Shown here piece by piece: positions 11,001-19,579 of a stretch of 64,000 nucleotides of DNA. Source of the DNA: Hydrurus foetidus (Eukaryota). Both the position numbers and the translations under genes were made by a program. The notes under the pieces are model-generated. The model saw only the letters and a program-made list of their open reading frames with translations. It was not told the origin of the DNA and made no database searches. Within the stretch, counting starts at the first letter, position 1. Each line of letters opens with the position of its first letter. The stretch lies in assembly GCA_900617105.1 (NCBI GenBank), contig UYFQ01000001.1:1054001-1118000 (forward strand), read 5' to 3'.

Positions 11001-13278
11001 TTCCATCTTGTGTTTCGTGCAAAACGTTATGGCTGCGTAATGCCTTCAAGATATCTTCTGACGCTGAAAATCGTTGGCGGGGGACTGCCAAGCTTCGAGT
11101 TTTTAGCATTTCGTCAGCAATAGCTTCAATTGCTTGCATCGCCGGGTCACCCAGTACTTCGTTGTTCTGCACAATGGTTTTGAGGTAGTTCTGGGAAAGT
11201 TCGTGGCTGGTAACCGCATTGACGCTGGCAGACTGTTTGGACAGTTCAACAAACAAGGCCAATTCGCGTGGGTTTTGAATCAATTCGCGGGTTACTGCAT
11301 CAGTCGTGCTTGTGTCGATGTTTAGTTTGGTTAGCAGTGGTGCAATTTCGGTGTCCCAGTTCAAGGCTGGGCACGTCAATTCAACATCCCATTTGCGCTC
11401 GGCTATGCTGCGGTCGTATTTGCGGTCGAACTCACGGCATGCTGTGACCACGGTTACGTTTGGAATTAAAAGCAGTCGGTCTATTTGCGCCAGAAAATAT
11501 GTCAGAACTGTGTGCTCGCGGGCAATGGAAAGCACATCCAACGAGTCGATCACCACAACCACTCGCGCTTCTTTTGCGATGCGCGCCACTTGTTCTACCC
11601 ACTGTATTGGTAGGCCTTGGGCTTGGCGGTCTTTCGCGGTGGATTGGTCTGCGAACTCTCGTGACTGGATAAAGAGTGGTACTAGGTCAGTATGGGTTTG
11701 TGCGCGCTGCTCCAGCAAGTCTTGTAGCGCTAACATCGCGCAGGTTTTTCCAGAGCCGGGTAAGCCAGTGAGCAAAATGGCGCGTTTACCTTCGTCAATG
11801 GCTTCAAAAAGCCTGTTTACGATTTGGCTGGAAATTTTTTCTCCCGAGATGTCTCTATGCCACCCCCTTCCAATGGCGGAAATACTGGCAAACGATGCCC
11901 GTATTTCAGCAATATCTATCTCCGGATTTACTGCGGTTGTAGGCGAAGTAGCGGGTGTTGTTGTTGAGCTTGTCGGTGGCTCTATGGTGGCTGGGCTATC
12001 ACCGAAATGCCAACCTAACGCGTCGGCTAACTGCTTTGCGCATTGGTTCCAGCTGCAATGTTCGAGTAAGCCGCGGTGAAGTTGTGCGGCCTTTTGTCTG
12101 TGTATTGCAGGGTCTTTTGCAATTTGGATCAGGGCATTGGAGAGTGCTTTGAGGTCTTCGGGGCGAAAGTATGGGGACTGGTTGCTGCCCGCTATTTCAA
12201 TCGCATGCACCATCGAGGTGTAGAGTCCATTTTCAAGCTCACGCAGGTAGTGGTAAGCACCACTTGTGGTACTCACGATCAAAGGAACGCCGGCGGCGAT
12301 CGCTTCCCAGGCGACTAAACCAAAACCTTCATGCCACGAGGGCATCATCGCAACGCTAGCTGCGCGTAAATCATTGAATAATTCTTCGCGGTCTTTGGTG
12401 AATGGCAAGGCATGCATGGCTAGCACGCCTTTCGCGTATTTCTCTGCAAACGCTTTTAGATCTCGCTCGGCATGTGGGTCAATCGTTCCGGTAGATTTTT
12501 CAAACTCAACCCCGCGTAAAACGAGCAAGGGCTCGTTTCGCCGGTGCAATGCATCCGGTAGTCCACCATCCTGCGAGCACCGGCTTATAGCTTCGCCAAA
12601 GGCTGCCACGCCTAAGTAGGCCTGTTTTATCTTGCTTGCGCTGTCGTCAAGGCGGCCACTTAAAAACGCCTTAAAAGTTCGTGGTTCTGGTCGATGTGTG
12701 ATTGCCGGAAAGCCTGGCACCAGCATTGGTACATCTTCACCATCAAGCATGTCGCTCATAGCATCGCGCAGCAGAGGGCCGACTGCCAGTACGATGTCAG
12801 CTTGCGCAAACAATTTTTTCTGCTCTGTTACTTTTGAGTGTGTTTGAACACTGTTTTCGGCAAAAAATTCATAGTGTTTGTAACTCATGTGGTGAATCAA
12901 TGCCGATCGCCCCCCGAGTTCTTTAGCTGATGCCAAGGCTATGTCGCCGGTAATACGGTCATGGCCTAGCCAAACTGTTTCGGCTGTGTTGGCTTGGATG
13001 TCTGCATCTTGCAATGCTTGGGATACCTTGGATTCCAATTCAGCGTTGAATTTATCCGTCCCAGGTAGACCACCTAGTGAAACCAGCGACACGTTTTTAC
13101 TGCGAGCCGCATCAATTTCGGCACTACTGGCATGCGGAACAACACAAACAGTTTTAACTTCTTTTTGAAAATCGGCTGCGATAGCTGGTAGTAAGTCGGC
13201 GTTAAAGCTGTTGATTCCCCCGAACTGCGGCCCCCAGCCGGTAGCAAACGCAACCAGTGTTTTTTTAATCTGAGTCAT
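8053..13278 (-). CDS. GT4 glycosyltransferase - STAND (NACHT/Avs-like) NTPase fusion with a long C-terminal region; putative antiphage protein
   Basis: 1741 aa. N-terminal GT-B domain (FGGINSFN; MMPSWHEGFGLVAWEAIAAGVP containing EX7E), Thr/Pro linker, Walker A GLPGSGKT, Walker B VVVVIDSLD, VVTACR, NPRELALF, FGHQTLLD, then ~950 aa C-terminus. Confidence 0.8.
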   Translation of the reverse strand: MTQIKKTLVAFATGWGPQFGGINSFNADLLPAIAADFQKEVKTVCVVPHASSAEIDAARSKNVSLVSLGGLPGTDKFNAELESKVSQALQDADIQANTAETVWLGHDRITGDIALASAKELGGRSALIHHMSYKHYEFFAENSVQTHSKVTEQKKLFAQADIVLAVGPLLRDAMSDMLDGEDVPMLVPGFPAITHRPEPRTFKAFLSGRLDDSASKIKQAYLGVAAFGEAISRCSQDGGLPDALHRRNEPLLVLRGVEFEKSTGTIDPHAERDLKAFAEKYAKGVLAMHALPFTKDREELFNDLRAASVAMMPSWHEGFGLVAWEAIAAGVPLIVSTTSGAYHYLRELENGLYTSMVHAIEIAGSNQSPYFRPEDLKALSNALIQIAKDPAIHRQKAAQLHRGLLEHCSWNQCAKQLADALGWHFGDSPATIEPPTSSTTTPATSPTTAVNPEIDIAEIRASFASISAIGRGWHRDISGEKISSQIVNRLFEAIDEGKRAILLTGLPGSGKTCAMLALQDLLEQRAQTHTDLVPLFIQSREFADQSTAKDRQAQGLPIQWVEQVARIAKEARVVVVIDSLDVLSIAREHTVLTYFLAQIDRLLLIPNVTVVTACREFDRKYDRSIAERKWDVELTCPALNWDTEIAPLLTKLNIDTSTTDAVTRELIQNPRELALFVELSKQSASVNAVTSHELSQNYLKTIVQNNEVLGDPAMQAIEAIADEMLKTRSLAVPRQRFSASEDILKALRSHNVLHETQDGKLTFGHQTLLDVLVISGAVRQGVTLNAFIQRLPPVPFVRPSIRSFVAQLAIGARNEFRKQLRTVLTGTAPFHIRRLVAESFAEQKPENDDWSLINDLRTTYRDVYQVIYTQATAIEWHHFWFKHLVPALKTTHDAEGIAIHVHRVQQWKDDDTAGILAFWTEALSLDWVARDQMAERLGLYLFDIRIADTALLAPLLEILINLPRRQHSFLGLAIARGITSGGLSDTLLWRYVVGDISSVDALSHQFGDKLFCQPHEFGDSNEKFLLQRMQQSPLLLDLALASIEQWSQARLSQYGINYWSGFLRKTSYNDAHSQTDHRHIDGERVLLDAVEAAILTHAQAHSDWWQNNRKSLCSNNEGALRYFAVLACTAEPEANVDLIAQMLCDKPLLKSDLSYEIGTLVQAAFRHLTVPAQDAVLEAILSLRDEDEANDDLNRDWILREQAQLIVTVPCYLRSPKAQALLDAQVQTVGYLIRQPRIGMRGGMVGAPFSYEVFLKATDAGVLRLLAHYTGQSNSHGDDFLIGGEREVGWQLREAASRQPTRFLHLLPAHWTDISDSFCNDIMDGVANYLAHRYGSLQANATWKPSEEPDAPSLARQIIDELERHPSYWHHNRSASNALQACAHVVTDSQDTARLVFLAIGYETLREESSIRGDSVDLLTTGINMVRGHVVETLMILANQFLEKNAIFPELLSATLRRFAADEHPAIRALVLRRLPSIQSRNPALGWDLFHSAMVDSQGLWESAETCLYYAYHDHFERVAAMLPRILKEGKGKDFEIWGRISALAALVGHLDFSVFLEELKVLDATEAWWGAASVWTHPENIRKYREQCLAGLEAGLNARNAHAKSVAGQMDHLFRDKTQVVSVPTALIQRHFDVLEKDDENKHHRLIGVDEWLNSTAQHDPEQALAVTEIYLAYVKRTKPYLHDYENNLTQLLTRLFANAEEREESDDGEMIKRVVALQDTLLELGVDGINTWLRAAERP

Positions 13279-13384
13279 GGTTGGTTTTTATGTAAAAGCG
13301 ATTTCTCATTTTGCAGGCAAATCGAACTGCTCAACTGCCTGGTTTGTTAAGTCTGTTTCGAGGGGCGACATTGCTGTTTTCTGC

Positions 13385-13791
13385 TCAACGCCAGAGTGAT
13401 TCCGTGGGTGGCCTACACCGACCCCGAAGTCGCCTGGGTTGGCCTCACCGAAGACCAAGCCAAAGCCCAAGGCATCAAGGTCAAAAAGGGCTTATTCCCC
13501 TGGAACGCCTCAGGCCGCGCCATCGCGAATGGCCGCGACGAAGGCTTCACCAAACTGCTGTTTGACGACAGCCCCGAAGCCCACGGCCACGGCAAAATCC
13601 TGGGTGGCGGCATCGTCGGCACCCACGCTGGCGACATGATCGGCGAGATCGCTCTGGCGATTGAAATGGGTGCTGATGTGGTCGATATCGGCAAGACAAT
13701 TCACCCGCATCCGACGCTGGGGGAGAGCATTGGGATGGCGGCTGAGGTGGCGCATGGCAGTTGTACGGACTTGCCACCTGCGAAGAAGTAG
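13385..13791 (+). pseudogene. lpdA: Duplicated 3' fragment of lpdA (direct repeat copy 2)
   Basis: Encodes VAYTDPEVAWVG...HPHPTLGE...DLPPAKK only; FAD and NAD domains absent. Confidence 0.9.
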
Positions 13792-13821
13792 GTTGTTGAA
13801 TTGCTACTGATTCAGTAGCTG

Positions 13822-13858
13822 GCTGCGCAAATCCTGTAAAGGCTGCGCGGCTTTTTTT
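13822..13858 (+). terminator. Putative intrinsic terminator after the lpdA fragment
   Basis: gctgcgc...gcgcggc stem plus T7. Confidence 0.5.
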
Positions 13859-14131
13859 ATGTTTTTAAGGGGCAGTCCGAAAAAACCAGGAAGCCAAAAA
13901 TCCGCTGAGAGTTCACCAGAATTGAATGGATATATTGGCCATGCCACCTCTACTTTGCAATTGAAAAAAATTGCGTGCCCCGACAGAGTACCTGCTGAAA
14001 AAGAGGTGACTTCACTGTTCAAGCCATGCCTATACTGTCCTCATAGATATTTGAATATGTTCCCAGTGCTTCGAACATATGCCTGTGTTTGTGACCCACC
14101 TCGTTCTCGGCCCTCATCTGGAGTTGAACCT

Positions 14132-15025
14132 ATGAAGTCTTTTCCCTCTCGTTTCAAGACAATGGCTTGTCTGAGTGCCTTGCTGGCGCTAGGAGGCTGC
14201 GCAACTTCAATGGTCAGCACCGTACCAGTGGTAACTGCCACTGCAGCCAAGGCCATCAACACGACCGGGCCGTCGGGCAGCGGTGTGAACAATGCGCTGA
14301 TTCATGCCGTGGCTTGGAAGCAAACTGCTGCGGAATACCGTGCTTTGTACTACCAAGGTTTTAACGTGGCACGCATGCATGTAGAGGCTGCTATTGCCAA
14401 GCGCAAACCAGGGGAGAAACCGCTGGCGGTGGTCACCGACATGGACGACACGGTTCTTCATGCCATGAATTACTGGGGCCACTTGGTCAACAAAAATTTA
14501 GATTATTTTGACGACCCGATTTGGGATGCCTGGATTCCCGAGAATAAAGTCACTGCCTCACCAGGTGCCAGTGATTTTTTAAAGTTTTGTGCCGACAACA
14601 ACGTCGAGGTCCACTACATAACCAGCCGTGAGCAAGGCGAAAAGACCTACGAATATGCCATGGGCCACCTCAAGTACCTGGGCTTTCCGTATGCAGACAG
14701 CAAGCATTTGACAGTTCTGCGCGACACCTCCAATAAAGAAAAACGTCAAGACGAGGTGATGAAAGACTATAACGTCGTAGTCTTTCTGGGCGATAACCTG
14801 AACGATTTTCGCCGCAAGTACTACCTCAAGAACGATGTGGATGGCCGCATCAAAATCATGGAAGGTGATCGCGACAAGTACGGACGCAATTACATCCTCT
14901 TCCCCAACCCTACCGATGGCCACTGGCTGGCGGCCATCTTTGGTGACTCGGAGCCACCTCCTACCGATGCCAATCGCGAGATCATGAAAAAGGCTGCGAC
15001 GAAATCGGCTTGGGGTGTCAACTGA
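14132..15025 (+). CDS. Lipoprotein e(P4)-family acid phosphatase / 5'-nucleotidase (HAD class C)
   Basis: Lipobox LALGGC; WKQTAAEYRALYYQGFN, DMDDT, GDNLNDF, PNP motifs; start moved to the ATG after GGAG. Confidence 0.85.
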   Translation: MKSFPSRFKTMACLSALLALGGCATSMVSTVPVVTATAAKAINTTGPSGSGVNNALIHAVAWKQTAAEYRALYYQGFNVARMHVEAAIAKRKPGEKPLAVVTDMDDTVLHAMNYWGHLVNKNLDYFDDPIWDAWIPENKVTASPGASDFLKFCADNNVEVHYITSREQGEKTYEYAMGHLKYLGFPYADSKHLTVLRDTSNKEKRQDEVMKDYNVVVFLGDNLNDFRRKYYLKNDVDGRIKIMEGDRDKYGRNYILFPNPTDGHWLAAIFGDSEPPPTDANREIMKKAATKSAWGVN

Positions 15026-15932
15026 GTCTGACAGGTAAAAACCCAGCAGCTGACTTGGCTTTCAAAGCCGCTTCCACGGTATCCCAGTACAGCAGCTCCA
15101 AGCGCCCGTCCTGGTGTTCAACCAGCGCGGTGCGGCTTTCCACCCAATCGCCATCGTTGCAATAGAGCGTGCCCTGAATGTCACGCATTTCAGCGCGGTG
15201 AATATGGCCACAGACCACGCCATCGTGCCCGCGCCGCCGGGCTTCAGCGGCCACGGCGGCCTCAAAGTCCATCACGTAATTCAGCGCTTTTTTCACCTTG
15301 TGCTTAAGGTACGCCGAGAGTGACCAGTACGGCAAACCTAAACGCCCACGCCAATTGTTCAGGTGACGGTTCCACCGCAGCGTAAGTTCGTACAGTGTGT
15401 CGCCCAGGTAGGCCAGCCACTTGGCGCACTGGATCACCGCATCAAAATAATCCCCGTGCACCACCCACAGCTTGCGGCCATCGGCGGTGGTGTGAATGGC
15501 TTCTTGCTGCACATCGATACCGCCAAACTGGTGCCCCACAAAGCCGCGTGCAAATTCGTCATGGTTGCCTGGCACAAAGACCACACGACAGCCTTTGCGG
15601 GCGCGTTTGAGGAGTTTTTGCACCACGTCATTGTGTGATTGCGGCCAAAACCATTTGCGCCGCAACTGCCAGCCGTCCACGATATCGCCCACCAAATACA
15701 GGTTGTCGCTGGGGTACATCTTCAAAAAAGCCAGCAGCGCCTCGGCTTGGCAGCCTGCGGTGCCCAGGTGGATGTCGGAGATGAAGATGGTGCGCAGACG
15801 TGGTGCCGTGCCTTCTTCCGGCTCCGAAGTGGGCTCAACCGTTGCCGTGTCTCGGCCACCCAAAACAGCGGCCACAGTGGCTTCGCGCCATGTGTGGTGC
15901 TGGGTACTGAGCGTGTCGAAAGTGGCAAGCAT
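15018..15932 (-). CDS. LpxH/PlcP-like metallophosphoesterase (putative phospholipase C for lipid remodelling)
   Basis: SDIHLG, GDIVDGW, PGNHDE, HGD, GHIH, NDGDWVES motifs. Confidence 0.8.
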   Translation of the reverse strand: MLATFDTLSTQHHTWREATVAAVLGGRDTATVEPTSEPEEGTAPRLRTIFISDIHLGTAGCQAEALLAFLKMYPSDNLYLVGDIVDGWQLRRKWFWPQSHNDVVQKLLKRARKGCRVVFVPGNHDEFARGFVGHQFGGIDVQQEAIHTTADGRKLWVVHGDYFDAVIQCAKWLAYLGDTLYELTLRWNRHLNNWRGRLGLPYWSLSAYLKHKVKKALNYVMDFEAAVAAEARRRGHDGVVCGHIHRAEMRDIQGTLYCNDGDWVESRTALVEHQDGRLELLYWDTVEAALKAKSAAGFLPVRLS

Positions 15933-16798
15933 CAGCGAACCACAAGCTTTTGCTGGCGAAAGTGCTTGCGGTAACGCGGCGACATATCGCTGATGCGCAG
16001 CAGCATAGGTAAATCAGCAGCGTTGAAATCAGGGTCCCAAGCCGGTGCGCCCAGCACCTTGGCGCCTAACCGCAAATAGCCTTTGATAAGGGCGGGTGGT
16101 TCGACGTGAACGCTGGGGTCAGCCACGTCGAATGCGTCAACAGGCAGCGCCAAGCGCGGCTGCACATGAAGTTCGAACGGGGCCAAGTGGGTTTGCCGCA
16201 ACTGGTGCCAGACAGCGGCTGCAGCTTGGGTACTGATCACGCCGTTGCTCAGCAGCGGGATACTGGCGCAGCCGATCATGGTGTCCAGATCATTGCGCAG
16301 CATGAACTCGGTCAGCGCCCCCCACAGCGCCAAAATCACGCTGCCATGCCGGTGTTCAGGGTGTACGCAGCTGCGCCCCAGTTCCACCATGCGGCTTCGT
16401 AAGCTGCGCAACCGCGTCAAATCAAACTCCATATCGCTGTAGGTGCTGCCCACCCGCTTGGCCTGCACCGGCGTTAGCACGCGGTAAGTGCCAATGACTT
16501 GCTGGGTAGCGGCATCGCGCACCAGCAAATGCTCGCAGTAGTCGTCAAACAAATCCATGTCATGGCCGGGAATGGGCGCACGCAGTTTTGCGCCCATTTC
16601 AGTCGCAAACACATCAAACCGCAAGCGCTGAGCGGCACGAACTTCATCTTGGTGCTTGGCCCATGAAACCACGATAACCCTTTGCTCAGATACGGCTGGT
16701 GGAGCCACAGAAGGCCTGCTACCGTCACCGTGGTGCAGTGAGTCCCAAGCCATCAGCGGAGGGGGCAGTGTGAAGCAAGGGCTGTGAAACTCATTCAT
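15932..16798 (-). CDS. GNAT N-acyltransferase, OlsB-like (amino-lipid synthesis)
   Basis: AQRLRFDVF, DLFDDYCEHL, GTYRVL, ELGRSCVHPEHR, PALIKGYLRLGA, DPDFNAAD motifs. Confidence 0.8.
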   Translation of the reverse strand: MNEFHSPCFTLPPPLMAWDSLHHGDGSRPSVAPPAVSEQRVIVVSWAKHQDEVRAAQRLRFDVFATEMGAKLRAPIPGHDMDLFDDYCEHLLVRDAATQQVIGTYRVLTPVQAKRVGSTYSDMEFDLTRLRSLRSRMVELGRSCVHPEHRHGSVILALWGALTEFMLRNDLDTMIGCASIPLLSNGVISTQAAAAVWHQLRQTHLAPFELHVQPRLALPVDAFDVADPSVHVEPPALIKGYLRLGAKVLGAPAWDPDFNAADLPMLLRISDMSPRYRKHFRQQKLVVR

Positions 16799-16841
16799 GA
16801 AGGCGATCCTTGTGTTTTAAATTTCACAAAGTTTGTCAACT

Positions 16842-16885
16842 AGGTGTGACACTGGTGTGGCAGTTGGATGCGGCCTGTGTGACAG
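16842..16885 (-). promoter_or_regulatory. Putative Pho boxes (PhoB sites)
   Basis: Minus strand reads CTGTCACacag GCCGCATccaa CTGCCACacca GTGTCACacct: 11-bp periodic matches to CTGTCA(T/C), ~45 bp upstream of the GNAT start. Confidence 0.65.
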
Positions 16886-17008
16886 CGGTAGATGATGCAT
16901 TCGGGACGGAACTGGTGTGATACTCGTGTTGTGAGTAATTTTTTGAAAAACTTCGCCTATTTGTTTCAAATGGTTACAATTTGTGTGTTTTTCTAAATTT
17001 ATATCGCC

Positions 17009-17494
17009 ATGTTAAAAAAATCACTTGCTGTTTCTGTTGCGCTTAATGTGGTGTTTGTAGCCGCATTTGCGTACAGCTTTGGTCGCCATGCAATGGATGT
17101 GCCTGAGCCTTCAACCTCCGCTCTAACCAAAGCCATGCAGCCGATGCACGTTGATCAGACATGGATTAAATCGGGCACACCGCGCTTTATGGTGACCGAA
17201 TCAGCGGTCATCAAACCGCCCATTGGCGGCGTGAGCACAGGGCTGTGGTCGTGCGATGGCCCCACGACTTTCGAATGGACTTACGGTACAGATGAAACGG
17301 TTCACATCATTGAAGGTGAAGTTCACATTGATTACCTGGATCAAAAGCTCACCTTGAAAGCGGGGGATACTGCGTTTTTCCAAGCGGGCACCAAGGCTAC
17401 TTGGACGGTGCCTGATCGGGTGTTCAAATCGTTTGTGCTGCACGACCCCGGTGTCCTTTCGCGCCTGTATCGCCGGGCCACGGCTGTTCTTTAA
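17009..17494 (+). CDS. Cupin (DUF861/cupin_3) protein with N-terminal hydrophobic anchor
   Basis: TGLWSCDGPTTFEWTY..DETVHIIEG, LKAGD..FF.AG..ATW motifs. Confidence 0.75.
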   Translation: MLKKSLAVSVALNVVFVAAFAYSFGRHAMDVPEPSTSALTKAMQPMHVDQTWIKSGTPRFMVTESAVIKPPIGGVSTGLWSCDGPTTFEWTYGTDETVHIIEGEVHIDYLDQKLTLKAGDTAFFQAGTKATWTVPDRVFKSFVLHDPGVLSRLYRRATAVL

Positions 17495-17520
17495 CCCGGC
17501 GGGCGTATTTGCCGAGTTTA

Positions 17521-18591
17521 TCAGTCAGGCTTGACGTTGGCCGCCTTGATGACACGGCCCCAGCGCACCGTTTCCGCTTTCACAAAGGTGGCAAAACTGG
17601 CTTGATTGCCGGTGTTCACCACCGCACCCAATTCCGCAATGCGGCTGCGTACCGCAGGCTCGGCCAACAGCTTTTGGGTTTCCGCATTCAGCCGACTCAC
17701 AACCTCTACAGAGATGTGTGCCGGTGCCACCAAGCCCCACCAAACGGACATTTCCAAACCTGGCACCCCCACTTCTGCGAGGGTGGGCACGTCAGGCAGC
17801 AGGGGCAGGCGCTTGGCGCTGGTAACGGCCAAGGCACGCAGCTTGCCCGACTTGATGTGTGGCATCACCTCAACGGGGTTCAAGGGCATGAACGAGATGC
17901 GCTCACCCAGCAAATCAGTCAAGGCCGGGGCTCCGCCTTTGTAGGGGATGTGCAGCACAAAAATACCTGTGGCTTGCTTCAGCGCTTCGCCCGCCAAATG
18001 GCCGGAGCTGCCATTGCCAGCGCTCGCGTAGGTCATGGCCCCGGGCTGAGCTTTGGCCTGGGCCAGCAGCTCTTTCCATGATTTGGCGGGGGAGGCCGCT
18101 GGCACCACGACGACCAGGGGAGCATCGGCGATTTTGACGATGGGCAGCAAATCTTGTTGCGGATTGAAGGGCAGGGTAGTGAACAGGCTGGCATTGGTGG
18201 CCAGCGCGTTGGCGGACATCAGCAGCGTGTGGCCGTCAGGCGCCGCTTTGGCGACCGCATCCATCCCCAAGTTGGCGCTGGCACCAGGGCGGTTGTCCAC
18301 CAAAACGGGTTGCCCCAAACGCTCTGCGAGCTGCTGGCCTACCAAGCGGGCTACCGTGTCCACCGCGCCACCTGCGGCATAGGGGACGATGAGGCGGATG
18401 GGCTTGGAGGGGTAGGTTTGTGCCCAGCAGTTTAAGGCTCCAAAAAGGCCGGTACTGAATGCCAGTAGGGCGATAATTGCTCTTTTTTTGAGAGCATTTA
18501 AAGCATTTAAAGCGTTTAAAGCGTTTGAAGCGTGTGAAGCGTTGGGAGGTGCGTGTGAAGCGTTGGGAGGTGCGTGTGAAGCTGAGGTCAT
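17521..18591 (-). CDS. Bug/TctC tripartite tricarboxylate transporter substrate-binding protein
   Basis: YPSKPIRLIVPYAAGGAVD, DNRPGA, APDGHTLL, YASAGNGS, IPYKGGAPA motifs; exact start uncertain. Confidence 0.9.
   Translation of the reverse strand: MTSASHAPPNASHAPPNASHASNALNALNALNALKKRAIIALLAFSTGLFGALNCWAQTYPSKPIRLIVPYAAGGAVDTVARLVGQQLAERLGQPVLVDNRPGASANLGMDAVAKAAPDGHTLLMSANALATNASLFTTLPFNPQQDLLPIVKIADAPLVVVVPAASPAKSWKELLAQAKAQPGAMTYASAGNGSSGHLAGEALKQATGIFVLHIPYKGGAPALTDLLGERISFMPLNPVEVMPHIKSGKLRALAVTSAKRLPLLPDVPTLAEVGVPGLEMSVWWGLVAPAHISVEVVSRLNAETQKLLAEPAVRSRIAELGAVVNTGNQASFATFVKAETVRWGRVIKAANVKPD
18494..18582. repeat. Compound tandem repeat (9-bp and 21-bp units) in the 5' end of the Bug gene
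   Basis: Four gcatttaaa/gcgtttaaa-type 9-mers followed by about 2.5 copies of gcgtgtgaagcgttgggaggt; encodes SHAPPNA and NAL repeats. Confidence 0.9.
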
Positions 18592-18646
18592 GCTGTCTCT
18601 TTGGAGGTTGTAGGAACGAGAAATTAAACCATCCACAATCAGGTTT

Positions 18647-19579
18647 TCACGCTGATTCCGGCATAGCTGATAGAACGGCTTTCATCACCACACGCTTGAC
18701 CACCTCCAGCGCCACTTTATGGGTTTCGGTGGTGGGTCTGCGGGCCGACCAGACCAGAGTCAACTGGCTCATCAGCGTGGGTTGTTCAATCGTGTGCGTT
18801 TGCAGGGGGTGCGGTTGGGCTAAATTGCGCAAGGTGTAGCTGGGCAAGACGGCATAGCCCAGGCCTTCTTTGACCAAATCCAAAATAGCGTTGAGCCCGT
18901 CAATTTCCAGCACGATGTTGGGTTTGCAGCCTATGCGCGCCATTTCAGACTCGATCAACAAACGAAACGCATTGGGGCGACTGGGCACAATCAAGGGCAG
19001 TGTTGCCAATTGCTTGAGCGTCACCGTGTCGGGCAAGGTAATGGCTGCTCGCCCCATCGCTTTGGAACCCGCAGAGATGAGCACCAAGGCCTCCTCATGC
19101 AGCAGTGTCATCTCTAAATCTGGCGACGGCGGTGGGTTGTACAGCACCGTTAAATCCAGCCGACCTGCACGCAAGCCCTCGTACATCAGTACCGAAAACC
19201 CTTCTGTCAGACTTAAGCCTGCATAGGGCAAACAATGCCGAAACTCATGTGTGAGCGGTACCGTGATGAGTTTGGACAAACTGGGCGGCAAACCAATCGA
19301 CACACGCCCCGCCAGTCCGCCGCGAATCGAGCCTAGCTCTTCGCGCGTCAAGGCCACTTGGTGCAGAATGCCTCGTCCATGCTCAAGCAGCACCAAGCCT
19401 GCTTCGGTCAGCGTCACACCGCGCCCATTGCGCAGCAAAAAAGTTTGGTGGTATTCCACCTCTAACTGGCGCACATGGCGGCTGAGCAAAGGCTGCGCTA
19501 TGCCTAGCGCCACTGCGGCGCGGCTGAAGCTGCCTAACTCAGCCACCCGTACGAACGATTCAATTTGTTTCAAGTCCAT
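18647..19579 (-). CDS. LysR-family transcriptional regulator, divergent from the lig operon
   Basis: N-terminal HTH MDLKQIESFVRVAELGSFSRAAVALGIAQPLLSRHVRQLE, LTEAG, substrate domain. Confidence 0.95.
   Translation of the reverse strand: MDLKQIESFVRVAELGSFSRAAVALGIAQPLLSRHVRQLEVEYHQTFLLRNGRGVTLTEAGLVLLEHGRGILHQVALTREELGSIRGGLAGRVSIGLPPSLSKLITVPLTHEFRHCLPYAGLSLTEGFSVLMYEGLRAGRLDLTVLYNPPPSPDLEMTLLHEEALVLISAGSKAMGRAAITLPDTVTLKQLATLPLIVPSRPNAFRLLIESEMARIGCKPNIVLEIDGLNAILDLVKEGLGYAVLPSYTLRNLAQPHPLQTHTIEQPTLMSQLTLVWSARRPTTETHKVALEVVKRVVMKAVLSAMPESA

Larger units (their letters stand above)
7924..13791. mobile_element. Integrase-free genomic islet inserted at the lpdA 3' end
   Basis: One visibly AT-richer cargo gene bracketed by a duplicated lpdA 3' end; no integrase or transposase seen. 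Confidence 0.65.

Noticed and set aside
13396..13791. 131-aa ORF as an independent functional gene
   Set aside because: Only the LpdA interface-domain fragment within the direct repeat, with no convincing RBS; treated as a remnant, although expression cannot be excluded
13859..14131. N-terminal extension of the e(P4) ORF
   Set aside because: RBS and lipoprotein signal fit the ATG at 14132
18494..18582. Possible CRISPR array
   Set aside because: Head-to-tail short repeats with no unique spacers, and no cas genes in the window
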